Shown piece by piece: positions 29,172 to 41,333 of a DNA stretch of 60,442 nt. The notes beneath the pieces are model-generated. The model was not told where the DNA came from and made no database searches. It worked only from the letters and a program-made list of their open reading frames with translations. The stretch spans positions 1 to 60,442 of the forward strand of contig CAJTYC010000002.1 of the NCBI GenBank assembly GCA_910584185.1. The letters are read 5' to 3'. Every line of letters begins with the position of its first letter. Within the stretch, counting starts at the first letter, position 1. A program made the translations under genes and the position numbers. Source of the stretch: an uncultured Muribaculaceae bacterium. GTDB lineage: Bacteria > Bacteroidota > Bacteroidia > Bacteroidales > Muribaculaceae.

Positions 29172-30467
29172 ATGTCAGAAACACTTGTAGTTGTCGGCTC
29201 GCAGTGGGGCGATGAAGGCAAAGGTAAGATCACAGACTACTTTGCTACGCGTGCCGACATGGTGGTGCGCTATCAGGGTGGCAATAATGCCGGCCATACT
29301 GTGGTGTTTGGCGGCAACAAATATTCGCTGCAAAGCATCCCTTCGGGTATTTTCAATCCGAAGACGGTCAATGTGATGGGCAATGGTATGGTGGTTAATC
29401 CGGTGTCGGTAATCGCTGAACTTGAGAAACTTCACGACCGGGGCATCACAGACTATCAGCTTTTCATCAGCACACGTGCCACAATGGTTATGCCTTGGCA
29501 CTCTGTGCTCGACGGTGCCTATGAAGCCGGTCTCGGCAAGGCCCTTATCGGCACCACCAAGAAGGGAATCGGCCCGGCATACAGCGATAAGTACAGCCGC
29601 ATAGGTCTACGCATGGGCGACCTGCTCGAACCTGACTACTTCCGCGAGCGTCTTGACGCAGCTTTGGCTGTGAAGAACCGTGAACTCGAAATGCTCGGAT
29701 TGCCCACTTTCGACCCTCAGCAGGTTTTCGATCAGTATATGGAGCTTGCCAAAGTGCTCGGCCCTATGATTACCGACACTTCGCGCATGGTCAATGATGC
29801 TCTCAACACTCCCGACAAGCGTGTGCTCTTCGAGGGTGCGCAGGGCATGATGCTCTGCATCGAGCATGGCACATATCCTTATGTCACATCATCGAGCCCC
29901 TCTGCATCATCGGTGCCCGTTGGTGCCGGCATTGCTCCCAAGTGGGTGCGCAACGCCATCGGCGTGGCCAAGGCTTACTGCACTCGTGTCGGTTCTGGTC
30001 CCTTCCCCACGGAGCTTTTCGACGAGATCGGCGATGGTATACGCGAGCGTGGCCATGAATACGGCACTGTGACGGGTCGTCCGCGCCGCATCGGCTGGTT
30101 TGACGCTGTGGTGGGTCGCTACACCGCTGAGCTCGGTGGCCTAAGCCACTGGGCAGTAATGCTTCTCGATGTGCTCTCCGGTCTCGACACGATTAAAATC
30201 TGTGTGGCTTACGATCTTGACGGCAAACAGATTCAGAGCCCACCGAGCACCATAGCATCGCTGGCCCGTTGCAAGCCCGTGTATATCGAGATGCCCGGAT
30301 GGACAGAAGATATCACCGGAATCAAGGAGTTCGACAAGCTCCCGGAGAATGCAAAGGCATACGTGCGTAAGCTCGAAGAGGTGACAGGCGTGCCTGTCGG
30401 CATGATTTCTGTTGGCCCCGACCGCGAGCAGACAATCATCGTGGATCCCGAACTCAACAATTTCTAA
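29172..30467 (+). CDS. purA: Adenylosuccinate synthetase
   Basis: QWGDEGKGK, GGNNAGHT, GTTKKGIGPAY, FEGAQG, EYGTVTGRPRR. Confidence 0.97.
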   Translation: MSETLVVVGSQWGDEGKGKITDYFATRADMVVRYQGGNNAGHTVVFGGNKYSLQSIPSGIFNPKTVNVMGNGMVVNPVSVIAELEKLHDRGITDYQLFISTRATMVMPWHSVLDGAYEAGLGKALIGTTKKGIGPAYSDKYSRIGLRMGDLLEPDYFRERLDAALAVKNRELEMLGLPTFDPQQVFDQYMELAKVLGPMITDTSRMVNDALNTPDKRVLFEGAQGMMLCIEHGTYPYVTSSSPSASSVPVGAGIAPKWVRNAIGVAKAYCTRVGSGPFPTELFDEIGDGIRERGHEYGTVTGRPRRIGWFDAVVGRYTAELGGLSHWAVMLLDVLSGLDTIKICVAYDLDGKQIQSPPSTIASLARCKPVYIEMPGWTEDITGIKEFDKLPENAKAYVRKLEEVTGVPVGMISVGPDREQTIIVDPELNNF

Positions 30468-30474
30468 TCTGTAA

Positions 30475-31962
<1,488 letters not shown>

Positions 31963-31976
31963 TAAAAATTAAAAAA

Positions 31977-33503
31977 ATGGAAAAAATACTGATAATAGAT
32001 TTCGGGTCGCAATACACGCAACTCATAGCACGTCGAGTGCGCGAGCTCAACGTGTATTGCGAGATTCACCCGTTCAATCACTTCCCCGAGCCTGACGCAG
32101 ATGTGAAGGGAGTGATTCTCTCGGGTAGCCCGGCCTCGGTGCGCGACGAAGGTTCACCGCGCATCGACCTCTCGGCCATAAAGGGGAAGCTGCCGCTTCT
32201 CGGTGTATGCTACGGCGCTCAGCTCCTCGCCTATGAGTTTGGCGGCGATGTGACTCCGGCTCCGAGTCGCGAGTATGGCCGCGCAATGCTCACAGTCGTG
32301 GCTCCTGAAGACCCTCTGATGCAGGGTCTCCCTTCACCCACACAGGTGTGGATGTCGCATGGCGACACCATCACCGGCACACCGGCCAACTATGAGATAA
32401 TCGGTTCTACCGACAACGTGCGCGTCGCTGCATATCATATCGGCGGCGAGATGACCTGGGGTATCCAGTTCCACCCCGAGGTGTTCCATAGCACAGACGG
32501 CCCGAAGCTCCTCTCCAACTTTGTGCTCGGCATCTGCGGATGCTCCGGCACATGGAGCCCGGCTTCATTTATCGAGACCACCGTGGCCGAACTCAAGGCC
32601 AAGCTCGGCGACGACAAGGTGATACTTGGTCTTTCGGGCGGTGTTGACTCCACAGTGGCTGCTGTGCTTCTGCACAAGGCCATCGGCCAGAACCTGCACT
32701 GCATCTTCGTCAACAATGGCCTTCTGCGTGCCAACGAATTTGACGATGTGCTTGCCCAGTATAAGGGCATGGGGCTCAACGTGCGCGGTGTGGATGCTTC
32801 CGAACGATTCTATGCCGACCTCAAGGGAGTCACCGATCCTGAGCAGAAACGTAAGATTATAGGCCGCGACTTCGTGGAGGTGTTCAACGCCGAAGCTAAG
32901 AAAGTGGAAGGTGCAAGCTGGCTTGGTCAGGGCACCATCTATCCCGACGTGATAGAAAGTTGCTCAGTGAAGGGTCCGTCGGCCACCATCAAGTCGCACC
33001 ACAACGTGGGTGGTCTCCCCAAGGAGATGAACCTCCAGCTCGTAGAGCCGTTGCGTCTGCTCTTCAAGGACGAGGTGCGTCGCGTGGGTCGTGCCCTCGG
33101 CATCGACGACATGCTGCTTGGACGTCATCCCTTCCCCGGTCCGGGTCTTGGCATCCGCATCTTGGGCGAGGTGACAGGCGAGAAAGTGCGTGTGTTGCAG
33201 CAAGCCGACAAGATATTTATCGACAACCTGCGCGAGTCCGGCTGGTACGACAAGGTGTGGCAAGCCGGCGTGATGCTTCTGCCTGTGCAGAGCGTGGGTG
33301 TGATGGGCGACGAGAGAACGTACGAAAGCTGCTGTGCACTGCGTGCGGTAATCTCTACCGACGGCATGACAGCTGACTGGGTGCATCTTCCCTACGAACT
33401 CCTCGCCAAGGTGAGCAACGAGATTATCAACAAGGTGCGCGGCATAAACCGCGTAGTCTACGACATCTCCTCCAAACCACCGGCAACCATCGAATGGGAA
33501 TAA
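31977..33503 (+). CDS. guaA: GMP synthase (glutamine-hydrolysing)
   Basis: [51 protein letters not shown]. Confidence 0.97.
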   Translation: MEKILIIDFGSQYTQLIARRVRELNVYCEIHPFNHFPEPDADVKGVILSGSPASVRDEGSPRIDLSAIKGKLPLLGVCYGAQLLAYEFGGDVTPAPSREYGRAMLTVVAPEDPLMQGLPSPTQVWMSHGDTITGTPANYEIIGSTDNVRVAAYHIGGEMTWGIQFHPEVFHSTDGPKLLSNFVLGICGCSGTWSPASFIETTVAELKAKLGDDKVILGLSGGVDSTVAAVLLHKAIGQNLHCIFVNNGLLRANEFDDVLAQYKGMGLNVRGVDASERFYADLKGVTDPEQKRKIIGRDFVEVFNAEAKKVEGASWLGQGTIYPDVIESCSVKGPSATIKSHHNVGGLPKEMNLQLVEPLRLLFKDEVRRVGRALGIDDMLLGRHPFPGPGLGIRILGEVTGEKVRVLQQADKIFIDNLRESGWYDKVWQAGVMLLPVQSVGVMGDERTYESCCALRAVISTDGMTADWVHLPYELLAKVSNEIINKVRGINRVVYDISSKPPATIEWE

Positions 33504-33526
33504 GCGAGACAATGAGTGAATATATG

Positions 33527-33569
33527 CGGGGCCACGAAATTTTATGTTTCGTGGCCCCGGTTGCGTTTT
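33527..33569 (+). terminator. Intrinsic terminator after guaA
   Basis: cggggccacgaaat-tttat-gtttcgtggccccg followed by gttgcgtttt. Confidence 0.75.
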
Positions 33570-33657
33570 AGCGGGTGTGTGGGTGCCTAAAAACGTGTGT
33601 GGGTGTCTAAAAACGGCTGAAAACGGTGAATTTGTTGTCTATTTGAATAATTTGTTG

Positions 33658-33665
33658 TAAATTTG
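33658..33665 (+). promoter_or_regulatory. -7 promoter element (TAAATTTG) for the polysaccharide operon
   Basis: TAnnTTTG match with tttgttg 20-27 nt upstream. Confidence 0.5.
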
Positions 33666-33853
33666 CGTTTTGATAAGGGCTTATGTTTATGCCCTCGTGC
33701 ATACATTTTGCGTGGCATCAGGCTTAATGCTCAGCGTGCTGCGCCATGTTGCGCCTCAATCTGCATGAAAATTTGAATGGCCTCGTGGTTAGGGGGCTTG
33801 ATGTATCACTTACAAGCAACCAAGCACTTTTTTTCAGAACAAAGGGAAAATAG

Positions 33854-34981
33854 ATGGAGACAAGTTTGATTAACTATTTTGTATGTGTGGTATTGTCGAT
33901 AATCATAGCCGGCATTATCATACCCAACATTATGAAGATAGCATTCCGCCGCAGGCTGTTTGACGAGCTGGATGAGCGCAAGATACACAAGGGTGTAGTG
34001 CCGCGTCTTGGCGGAATATCTTTCTTGCCCGCGCTTGTGTTTTCACTCTGCATAGTGGTGGGCACAAACATACGTTTCGCAATCGGAGGGGTGGAGTCGA
34101 TGCTCGTAGCCCCGATTGTGTCGGTGTTTTTCCTGCTATGTGCGCTTATGCTGATGTATCTTGTCGGCATGGCCGACGACCTTGTGGGGGTCAGATATCG
34201 CGCAAAGTTTGTATTCCAGATAGTGGCCGGCGGGCTGATAATAATGTCGGGCACATGGGTTAATAACCTCTTTGGTTTCATGTGGTTGCATGAGATTCCT
34301 ACCTTCGTGGGCTGGATCCTTACAATCTTCCTGCTGTTGGCCATAATAAACTCAATCAACCTGATTGACGGCATAGACGGACTCGCCTCGGGTCTCAGCA
34401 TCATAGCCCTGATTTTCTACAGTTATCTCTTCTTCCAGGCCGGCGATTATGTATATTCGTTCCTTGCCGGGGCAACATTGGGCACACTAATTCCGTTCTT
34501 TTACTACAACGTGTTCGGTACGGCCGAGCGCCACAACAAGATATTCATGGGCGACACCGGCTCGCTGACAATCGGCACAATACTCTCGTTCTTGTCGGTC
34601 AAGGCATTAGGACTCGGAGTAGACCCGATGGGTTCGGGCGAGAATATGTTTATCTTGCCGTTTGTCCCGGTCATGATACCGTGTCTCGATGTGGCACGTG
34701 TGTTCTTGCACCGCATCAAGAGGGGAAAGAATCCCTTCTTGCCCGACAAGTGCCACATACACCACAAGTTGCTTGCCCTCGGCTTCAGGCAGTGGCAGGC
34801 GCTGATTACGATTCTTATGGTGGATGCGTGTTTCATCATATTGAACATGATGCTCTCTCCTTACTTGAACCCGACGGTTCTGATAGCGATCGATATCGCG
34901 CTCTATGCGCTGCTCAACATCGTGCTCACGGCAATGATCAGGCGGCGCGAAGGTAAATTACACACCTGTTTATACGAATAA
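33854..34981 (+). CDS. MraY/WecA-family undecaprenyl-phosphate GlcNAc-1-phosphate transferase
   Basis: RKIHKGVVPRLGG, GMADD, NSINLIDGIDGLA, IFMGDTGS, DKCHIHH; polytopic membrane protein. Confidence 0.88.
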   Translation: METSLINYFVCVVLSIIIAGIIIPNIMKIAFRRRLFDELDERKIHKGVVPRLGGISFLPALVFSLCIVVGTNIRFAIGGVESMLVAPIVSVFFLLCALMLMYLVGMADDLVGVRYRAKFVFQIVAGGLIIMSGTWVNNLFGFMWLHEIPTFVGWILTIFLLLAIINSINLIDGIDGLASGLSIIALIFYSYLFFQAGDYVYSFLAGATLGTLIPFFYYNVFGTAERHNKIFMGDTGSLTIGTILSFLSVKALGLGVDPMGSGENMFILPFVPVMIPCLDVARVFLHRIKRGKNPFLPDKCHIHHKLLALGFRQWQALITILMVDACFIILNMMLSPYLNPTVLIAIDIALYALLNIVLTAMIRRREGKLHTCLYE

Positions 34982-35000
34982 TTTGAGTAATATATCAACG

Positions 35001-35846
35001 ATGAAGAAATTACCAATTGCCATGCTGATGGCAACTGTCGGGGCTGGCTTCCTGCTCACCGGGTGCGGCACCCCGAAAAATATCACATATTTTGAGACGT
35101 CCGATTCTGTGGTGCAGATGGCACAGGCTAATCCCATAAAGCTTAAAGCAGACGACAAGCTCTCGATAGTGGTCAAGTCTAAAGACCCGGCTGTAAGCGA
35201 TCTCTTTAACCTCGGCATATATACCAGCCGTTACGGCACCAATGGCTCGCAGGTGATATCGGGCACACAGGTCAAGTCATTCCGTCCGGGCAGCAACGAT
35301 GGTGTTTCTTATTATACAGTAGACCCGAAGGGATGCATCGACTTCCCGGTGCTCGGAGAGCTCAAGGTGGCCGGCATGACCCGTTCGGAACTCGCAGGCT
35401 TCATCAAGGGTGAGCTTATGGGCCGTGAGCTGGTGAAAGACCCCACGGTGACAGTGGAGTTTGTCAACACCGGAGTCAACGTGATGGGTGAGGTGGTGAA
35501 CCCGGGCCGTTACGACATAAACCGCGACCACCTCACTGTGCTCGATGCGCTATCGCTTGCCGGCGACCTGACAATCAACGGCCGCCGCGAGAACATCAAG
35601 GTGCTCCGCGAGGAGAACGGCCAGACCAAGGTGTACACGCTCGACCTCACCGACCTCAACAAGCTGGTGAAATCGCCCGCCTACTCGTTGCAGCAGAACG
35701 ATGTGGTGTATGTGGAGCCCAACGACTTCCGCAAGCGTCAGACCACGGTGAACGGTAACAACGCGCTCAGCACCGGATTCTGGGTCTCGGTGGCGTCGCT
35801 AATCACATCGGCAGTCACCACGATAGGTGTCTTCATAAACAAATAA
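35001..35846 (+). CDS. wza: Polysaccharide export lipoprotein (Wza-like)
   Basis: Lipobox LLTGC, VDPKGCIDFPVLG, SLBB-like GEVVNPG...ALSLAGDL. Confidence 0.85.
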   Translation: MKKLPIAMLMATVGAGFLLTGCGTPKNITYFETSDSVVQMAQANPIKLKADDKLSIVVKSKDPAVSDLFNLGIYTSRYGTNGSQVISGTQVKSFRPGSNDGVSYYTVDPKGCIDFPVLGELKVAGMTRSELAGFIKGELMGRELVKDPTVTVEFVNTGVNVMGEVVNPGRYDINRDHLTVLDALSLAGDLTINGRRENIKVLREENGQTKVYTLDLTDLNKLVKSPAYSLQQNDVVYVEPNDFRKRQTTVNGNNALSTGFWVSVASLITSAVTTIGVFINK

Positions 35847-35881
35847 TCTTAGTTATACATTATCAGACCCCAGGTTCTTAT

Positions 35882-38281
35882 ATGGAAAACAACAATACAG
35901 TCACCGACAATGCGTCAGGGCAGGAGAAGGTGACACTGAAGAAATTTCTTGTAGCTTGTAAGAAAAGATGGTTATGGTTCTTGATATCCATAATTTTCTT
36001 TACCGGCTTAGGCACATTCTACGCATTCCGTCAGCAACCGATCTATCTGCGATCTATGTCGGTGCTGATACAAGATGAGGATTCGGGAGGTGTGAGTGCC
36101 ATTGCAAGCTCGTTCGCATCGCTCGGATTTGGCGGTGGTGCCAACAATGTGTATAACGAGATGCTGACATTCATGTCGCCTGCCGTTATGATGCAGGTGG
36201 TCAAGAACCTTGACCTTGACATGAGCTATACGAAAAAGGGTTTTCCTCATGGCACGACGCTTTATGGCTCAAATCTTCCCTTCACGGTGGAGTTTCTTGA
36301 CCTTGACCCTATGATGGGTGGTCAATTTATAGCTGAGGTATCTCCCGATGGCAAGATGAAGCTCAAAAAGTTTATCCTGCGCACTCTTGAAGGCAAGGAG
36401 AAACTCGATGGCGAGGTTATGGTACCCACACGTTTCTGCACCGTCAAGACTCCGCTCGGCAAGGTGAGATTCTCACCCAATCCTAAATTCAGCGGAGAGT
36501 CATACGATGAAGAGGAGAAGATAGTGGTGCGCTGTGATGGTGTGCTTTCCACAACAGAAGCCTACACCGAGGCCCTTAAGGTTGAGATTGCCGACCGCGA
36601 TGCCCAGGTGATTAATCTCAGTATAAAGGATGTCTCGACCGAGCGTGCCGATGATGTGCTCAATATGGTGCTCGATGTCTACACCAAAGACTGGATGGCA
36701 GATAAGGAGCGCGTGTCGCAGGCTACTTCTGACTTCATAGACCGCCGCCTTGACCTGCTCGTCGGAGAACTCGGCAGCGTGGACAACAATATAGCCGATT
36801 TCAAGAAAAACAAGCTTACCCCTGACCTCGTGGAGGCCGGGAAACTCAATATGACCACCACGCGCGACATAGACAACCAGCTGCTCGAGACTTCGACCAT
36901 GCTGAGCATGTCGCGATATATCGCCGAATATGTAAACAATCCGGCCAACGACATGAAGGTGATTCCGGTAAATACCATCGGCACCAGCTCGCAGCTTGAG
37001 GCTCAGATTGTGAAATATAACGAGTTGCTGATGGCCCGCGACAACCTTGTGGCCAGTTCGTCGGTCAACAACCCGCTTGTGCTCGACTATGATACGCAGC
37101 TGAAAGGACTCCACGCGGCAATTGCACGCGCCCTCAACAATGAGGTGGTAAATCTGACCAATAGCGTAAATTCGTTGCAGTCGGCCAAGGGAGAACTCAA
37201 AGGTCAGCTCGCCGATGGTCCGGAGATGGCGAAGTATCTCCGCACAGAGGAGCGCCAGCAGAAAATCAAGGAGCAGCTTTATCTATATCTGCTTCAGAAG
37301 CGTGAGGAAAACCAGCTCTCCAAGACATTTACCAACGACAAGACCCGTGTCATCACCCCGCCGATGGGTTCCGTAAGGCCTATCGCTCCCAAGAAGAAAC
37401 TCATTATACTGATGTCGTTCCTCTTCGGACTCGCGCTCCCCGGCGGTATCGTATATCTGCAGGTGGCAGGCGACAACAAGGTGCGTTCGCGCAAAGACCT
37501 TGATCTTATGTCGATTCCGATGCTCGGTGAGATTCCGATGGTGGGCAAGAAGAATAACAAAGTCATGAGCTTGTTTGCCAGGAAGAAGAAACAGGGAGAA
37601 CTCGAGCAGATGTCTGTGCTCGTGAAGAGCGGCAGCCGCGACATGATAAACGAGGCATTCCGTATAGTGCGAGGTAACCTTGACTTCATGACTCATCGTA
37701 AGAAGCATCAGGTCATCATGATTACCTCGTTCAATCCGGGCAGCGGCAAGTCGTTTGTATCTTACAACCTTTGTGCATCGTTCGCCCTGAAGGGTAACAG
37801 TGTGTTGCTTATCGACGGGGACCTCCGCCATGGCTCCACTTCTCAATATGTGGGTATGCCCTCCAAGGGTATCACATCATATCTCACAGGCAATGCCGAC
37901 GATTGGCGTAAGTTTGTTGTGCCGGTCAAGGATCAGCCGGGCTTCAGTGTACTCCCCATCGGACATCGTCCCCCCAACCCCGCAGAGATACTCGACAGCG
38001 ATGAGATGCGCGCTCTCGTTAACGCCGCTCGCGACGAATACGACTATGTGGTGATAGACTGCCCGCCGATCGATGTGGTTGTGGATACACAGATTATAGG
38101 CGCATTGGTCGACCGTACTATCTTCGTGGTGCGTGCCGGTCTGCTTGAGAAGGCAGCTCTGCCGGATATAGAACAAATCTACGACTCAGGCCGTTTCAAG
38201 AATATCACCATACTCCTCAATGGCATCGACACGCACTTCAGCGTGTACGGTGGCGGAAGCACTTACTACAATTCAATTTAA
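35882..38281 (+). CDS. wzc: Polysaccharide co-polymerase / tyrosine autokinase
   Basis: Two TM segments, EAFRIVR, Walker A PGSGKS, LIDGDLR, VVIDCPP, Tyr-rich tail. Confidence 0.9.
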   Translation: MENNNTVTDNASGQEKVTLKKFLVACKKRWLWFLISIIFFTGLGTFYAFRQQPIYLRSMSVLIQDEDSGGVSAIASSFASLGFGGGANNVYNEMLTFMSPAVMMQVVKNLDLDMSYTKKGFPHGTTLYGSNLPFTVEFLDLDPMMGGQFIAEVSPDGKMKLKKFILRTLEGKEKLDGEVMVPTRFCTVKTPLGKVRFSPNPKFSGESYDEEEKIVVRCDGVLSTTEAYTEALKVEIADRDAQVINLSIKDVSTERADDVLNMVLDVYTKDWMADKERVSQATSDFIDRRLDLLVGELGSVDNNIADFKKNKLTPDLVEAGKLNMTTTRDIDNQLLETSTMLSMSRYIAEYVNNPANDMKVIPVNTIGTSSQLEAQIVKYNELLMARDNLVASSSVNNPLVLDYDTQLKGLHAAIARALNNEVVNLTNSVNSLQSAKGELKGQLADGPEMAKYLRTEERQQKIKEQLYLYLLQKREENQLSKTFTNDKTRVITPPMGSVRPIAPKKKLIILMSFLFGLALPGGIVYLQVAGDNKVRSRKDLDLMSIPMLGEIPMVGKKNNKVMSLFARKKKQGELEQMSVLVKSGSRDMINEAFRIVRGNLDFMTHRKKHQVIMITSFNPGSGKSFVSYNLCASFALKGNSVLLIDGDLRHGSTSQYVGMPSKGITSYLTGNADDWRKFVVPVKDQPGFSVLPIGHRPPNPAEILDSDEMRALVNAARDEYDYVVIDCPPIDVVVDTQIIGALVDRTIFVVRAGLLEKAALPDIEQIYDSGRFKNITILLNGIDTHFSVYGGGSTYYNSI

Positions 38282-38307
38282 AAATTCTAAGTTCCAAATT
38301 TTAGATA

Positions 38308-39039
38308 ATGAATCTTTGGCCTTTTAAGTCGGTTGACAAATTGGAAAAATCGGGCATGCTCGACGGCTATGTGGATTGGCATTCACATATATTGCCGGGT
38401 GTGGACGACGGCATCCGCACCATGGATGAGTCGCTCGACACGCTCAAGGCATTTGAAGAGCATGGTGTGCGCAAAGTGTGGCTCACCCCGCATGTCATGG
38501 AAGATTGTCCCAACACCACGGAGCGTCTACGCGAGCGGTTTGAAGACTTGAGACAGGCTTACAAGGGTAATATGGAATTGGCTCTTGCCTCGGAGAATAT
38601 GCTCGACTCACTGTTTGAGGAACGCCTGCAGGCAAAGGATTTCCTGCCGATAGGTGAGAAGGGGGAGCATCTGCTCGTGGAGACCTCATATGTCAACCCT
38701 CCTTACGGCATGGACGATATGATCGACGGCATATTCAACATCGGCCTTATCCCAATCCTCGCGCATCCGGAGCGGTACCGCTACATGAACGAGGATGATT
38801 ATCTGAAATGGAAAGAGAAGGGTGTTCTTTTCCAGTCTAATTTCATATCGATTGTGGATGGCTACGGAGAGACCGCACGTAAGAAACTGGAGTGGATGCT
38901 GAAGCAGAACATGGTGGACCTCATAGGTTCTGACATACACCGCAAGTTCGTCTTCGATCACATCATAGCCAAAAGCCCCAAGCGCAAGGATTCCCTCACA
39001 GCACTCGTTGACGTGGCTCACAACCCCAAGATAAAATAG
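38308..39039 (+). CDS. PHP-family tyrosine phosphatase (CpsB/CapC-like)
   Basis: DWHSHILPGVDDG, LTPH, LAHPERY, GSDIH. Confidence 0.88.
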   Translation: MNLWPFKSVDKLEKSGMLDGYVDWHSHILPGVDDGIRTMDESLDTLKAFEEHGVRKVWLTPHVMEDCPNTTERLRERFEDLRQAYKGNMELALASENMLDSLFEERLQAKDFLPIGEKGEHLLVETSYVNPPYGMDDMIDGIFNIGLIPILAHPERYRYMNEDDYLKWKEKGVLFQSNFISIVDGYGETARKKLEWMLKQNMVDLIGSDIHRKFVFDHIIAKSPKRKDSLTALVDVAHNPKIK

Positions 39040-39054
39040 GTTGCCCACCTTATT

Positions 39055-40584
39055 ATGCAGGCGTCTAACCGAATCATTGTAAATACACTTGCGCAGTATG
39101 GAAGAACTATTGTCAACATACTGCTGACTCTTTATTCATCAAGATTGATATTGGAGATACTCGGTGTCTCCGATTACGGTATATATACGCTTATTGCCGG
39201 TGTGGTGTCGATGCTTTCGTTTTTTACCAATTCGTTGGTGGCCACCACGCAGAGATTTCTGTCGGTGGCTCAGGGCAAGCACGACAATGCGGTGGAAGTA
39301 AGGGCTATTTTCAACAACAGTATGATTGTTCACCTGTTTTTCGGTGTGATTTTGCTTGTTGTGTTAGGTGGCCTCACTCCATTGCTGTTCAACGGATTCC
39401 TGAATATACCGGCAGGAAGGGAGGATGTGGCAAGGTCATTGTATTACCTTGTCATGGCGATGTTGTTTCTTACCTTTATCACCTCCCCTTACAGGGCTTC
39501 TTTTATTTCGCGCGAGAATATCGTTTACATTTCAATAGTAGAGGTGCTTGATGCTGTGATACGCCTTGCCTTGGTTATCGGGTTGCAATATATCGATTGT
39601 GAGAAACTTCTTGCTTATGGCTTGATATTGTTCAGCGTACAGCTTTTCAATCTGCTTGCGCTCGGCATATATGGGCATATAAAGTATGATGAGTGTGCCT
39701 TGCCAAATCTTAGAAGATGGCAATGGGATTATGGTAAAAAACTGATGGGCTTTGCCGGTTGGACCATGTATTCCACATTTTGCATCGCCGTTCGCAATCA
39801 AGGCATAGCGATTATATTGAATCGGGCAATGACTACTGCAATCAATGCGGCTTATGGTATCGCTACGCAGATATCGGGTTATATGGCTTTTCTGTGCACA
39901 TCGCTGATGACGGCCGTTGCTCCGCAGCTTATGAAAGCTGTCGGTGCCGGAAACCGCGAGCACGCGTTGTATCTCGCGGAATTCCAAAGTAAGATTGCAT
40001 ATCTTTTGCTTGGCGTTGTGGCGTTCCCCGCCATGTTTCAGATTGATTTTATTCTTCATTTGTGGCTCGTAGATGTGCCCCCATACACCGGACTGTTTGC
40101 CATCATGACAGTTGCCTCGATGCAGGTAGATATGCTTAGCACCGGTCTTGGCACCATGGTTAATGCAACGGGTAAGATACGCAAGTATTCACTGTGGTGT
40201 TATACCCCCAAATTCCTGATTATGCCTATTTGTTGGTTGCTGTTGAAATATAATCAGCCATTATGGACTATATCGCTTTGCTATTTTGTGATTGAGGCAA
40301 TCATGATGTTCGTGAGAGTATTTCTGCTTAAAAACGACCTCGGCTTCAAGCCTTATGACTTTATTTCACATGTGATGTTGCGCGTTGCCGCGCCGACCAT
40401 TATGTGTGTGTTGGTATGTTGGGCCTCCTGTGCATTTGTTGCAGAGGGGTGGTTAAGATTTATAGTGGTGTTTTTACTTGGTTCGTTCATATTTACACTT
40501 TCCGCATATTATCTAAGTCTGAACAAACGTGAACAGACAAAGGCGCAGAGCATTATGGCAAGCATTAAGTCGCGATTTGCATAA
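39055..40584 (+). CDS. wzx: Wzx-type flippase (MATE superfamily)
   Basis: RIIVNTLAQY, LGVSDYGIY, TQRFLS, INAAYGIA; 12 or more hydrophobic segments. Confidence 0.8.
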   Translation: MQASNRIIVNTLAQYGRTIVNILLTLYSSRLILEILGVSDYGIYTLIAGVVSMLSFFTNSLVATTQRFLSVAQGKHDNAVEVRAIFNNSMIVHLFFGVILLVVLGGLTPLLFNGFLNIPAGREDVARSLYYLVMAMLFLTFITSPYRASFISRENIVYISIVEVLDAVIRLALVIGLQYIDCEKLLAYGLILFSVQLFNLLALGIYGHIKYDECALPNLRRWQWDYGKKLMGFAGWTMYSTFCIAVRNQGIAIILNRAMTTAINAAYGIATQISGYMAFLCTSLMTAVAPQLMKAVGAGNREHALYLAEFQSKIAYLLLGVVAFPAMFQIDFILHLWLVDVPPYTGLFAIMTVASMQVDMLSTGLGTMVNATGKIRKYSLWCYTPKFLIMPICWLLLKYNQPLWTISLCYFVIEAIMMFVRVFLLKNDLGFKPYDFISHVMLRVAAPTIMCVLVCWASCAFVAEGWLRFIVVFLLGSFIFTLSAYYLSLNKREQTKAQSIMASIKSRFA

Positions 40585-40604
40585 TGACCGGAATGTGATT
40601 GAAG

Positions 40605-40665
40605 AAGCGATAACAAAATAAGGTGGTGATTCTATCTGAATCACCACCTTATTTTGTTATCGCTT
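40605..40665. terminator. Perfect 28-bp inverted repeat between convergent wzx and acyltransferase genes
   Basis: aagcgataacaaaataaggtggtgattc-tatct-gaatcaccaccttattttgttatcgctt. Confidence 0.85.
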
Positions 40666-40670
40666 AGAGA

Positions 40671-41315
40671 TTATTCGGTAAGTTTTCTTTCCCACCTGAT
40701 ATCGCTTCGGATTTCCTTGGCGGGAGCACCGGCCACTATGCTGTGGGCATTGACGTCTTTTATGACACTGGCTCCACCACCTATTACGGCACCGTCGCCT
40801 ACGGTGACACCTTTCTGAATACGTGCTCCTTCAGCTATCCATACATGGTTGCCTATCACGACATCCTTGCCAGGATTGGTGCGTTCACCATTCTGATCGT
40901 ATATCGGGTGACCATCACTGTTACGTATTATCACGTTGATTGACATCATTACATCATCACCGATTTTGATGGAATTTCCCTTCTCGTGGCAAATCACTGC
41001 CGAGTTGAGACCCATTGTGGTTTTGTTGCCGATGTGGATTAGGCCGTTGTTTGCTGTGAAAACCATACGGCATCCTCTCTCGAAATAGCAATCCTTGCCG
41101 ATTATAAGTTTGTTGTTATTACCTCTGAATTCTATTTCAAGAAGTTGATAACCGGTGTTTTCTCCTATCTCGATTGAGTTCCCCTTGCCGTAGGCTGTGA
41201 GGCGGATTCTTCCGTATCCTTTCGATTTCTTCTTTGTGCGTGATAACCAGGTCTGGACTTTGGGTGCCCATACCATAAAGAAAGGAAGGTGCCTTATGAT
41301 GTTGCCCTTGTTCAT
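40671..41315 (-). CDS. Hexapeptide-repeat (left-handed beta-helix) O-acyltransferase
   Basis: IKIGDDVMMS, RNSDGHPI, VVIGNHVWIAE, VTVGDGAVIG, VAGAPAK. Confidence 0.85.
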   Translation of the reverse strand: MNKGNIIRHLPFFMVWAPKVQTWLSRTKKKSKGYGRIRLTAYGKGNSIEIGENTGYQLLEIEFRGNNNKLIIGKDCYFERGCRMVFTANNGLIHIGNKTTMGLNSAVICHEKGNSIKIGDDVMMSINVIIRNSDGHPIYDQNGERTNPGKDVVIGNHVWIAEGARIQKGVTVGDGAVIGGGASVIKDVNAHSIVAGAPAKEIRSDIRWERKLTE

Positions 41316-41333
41316 GGTTCTTACATTGTCTAC

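Noticed and set aside
33573..33626. Invertible capsule promoter
   Set aside because: The gtgtgtgggtgyctaaaaacg copies are direct repeats; no flanking inverted repeats or recombinase were found
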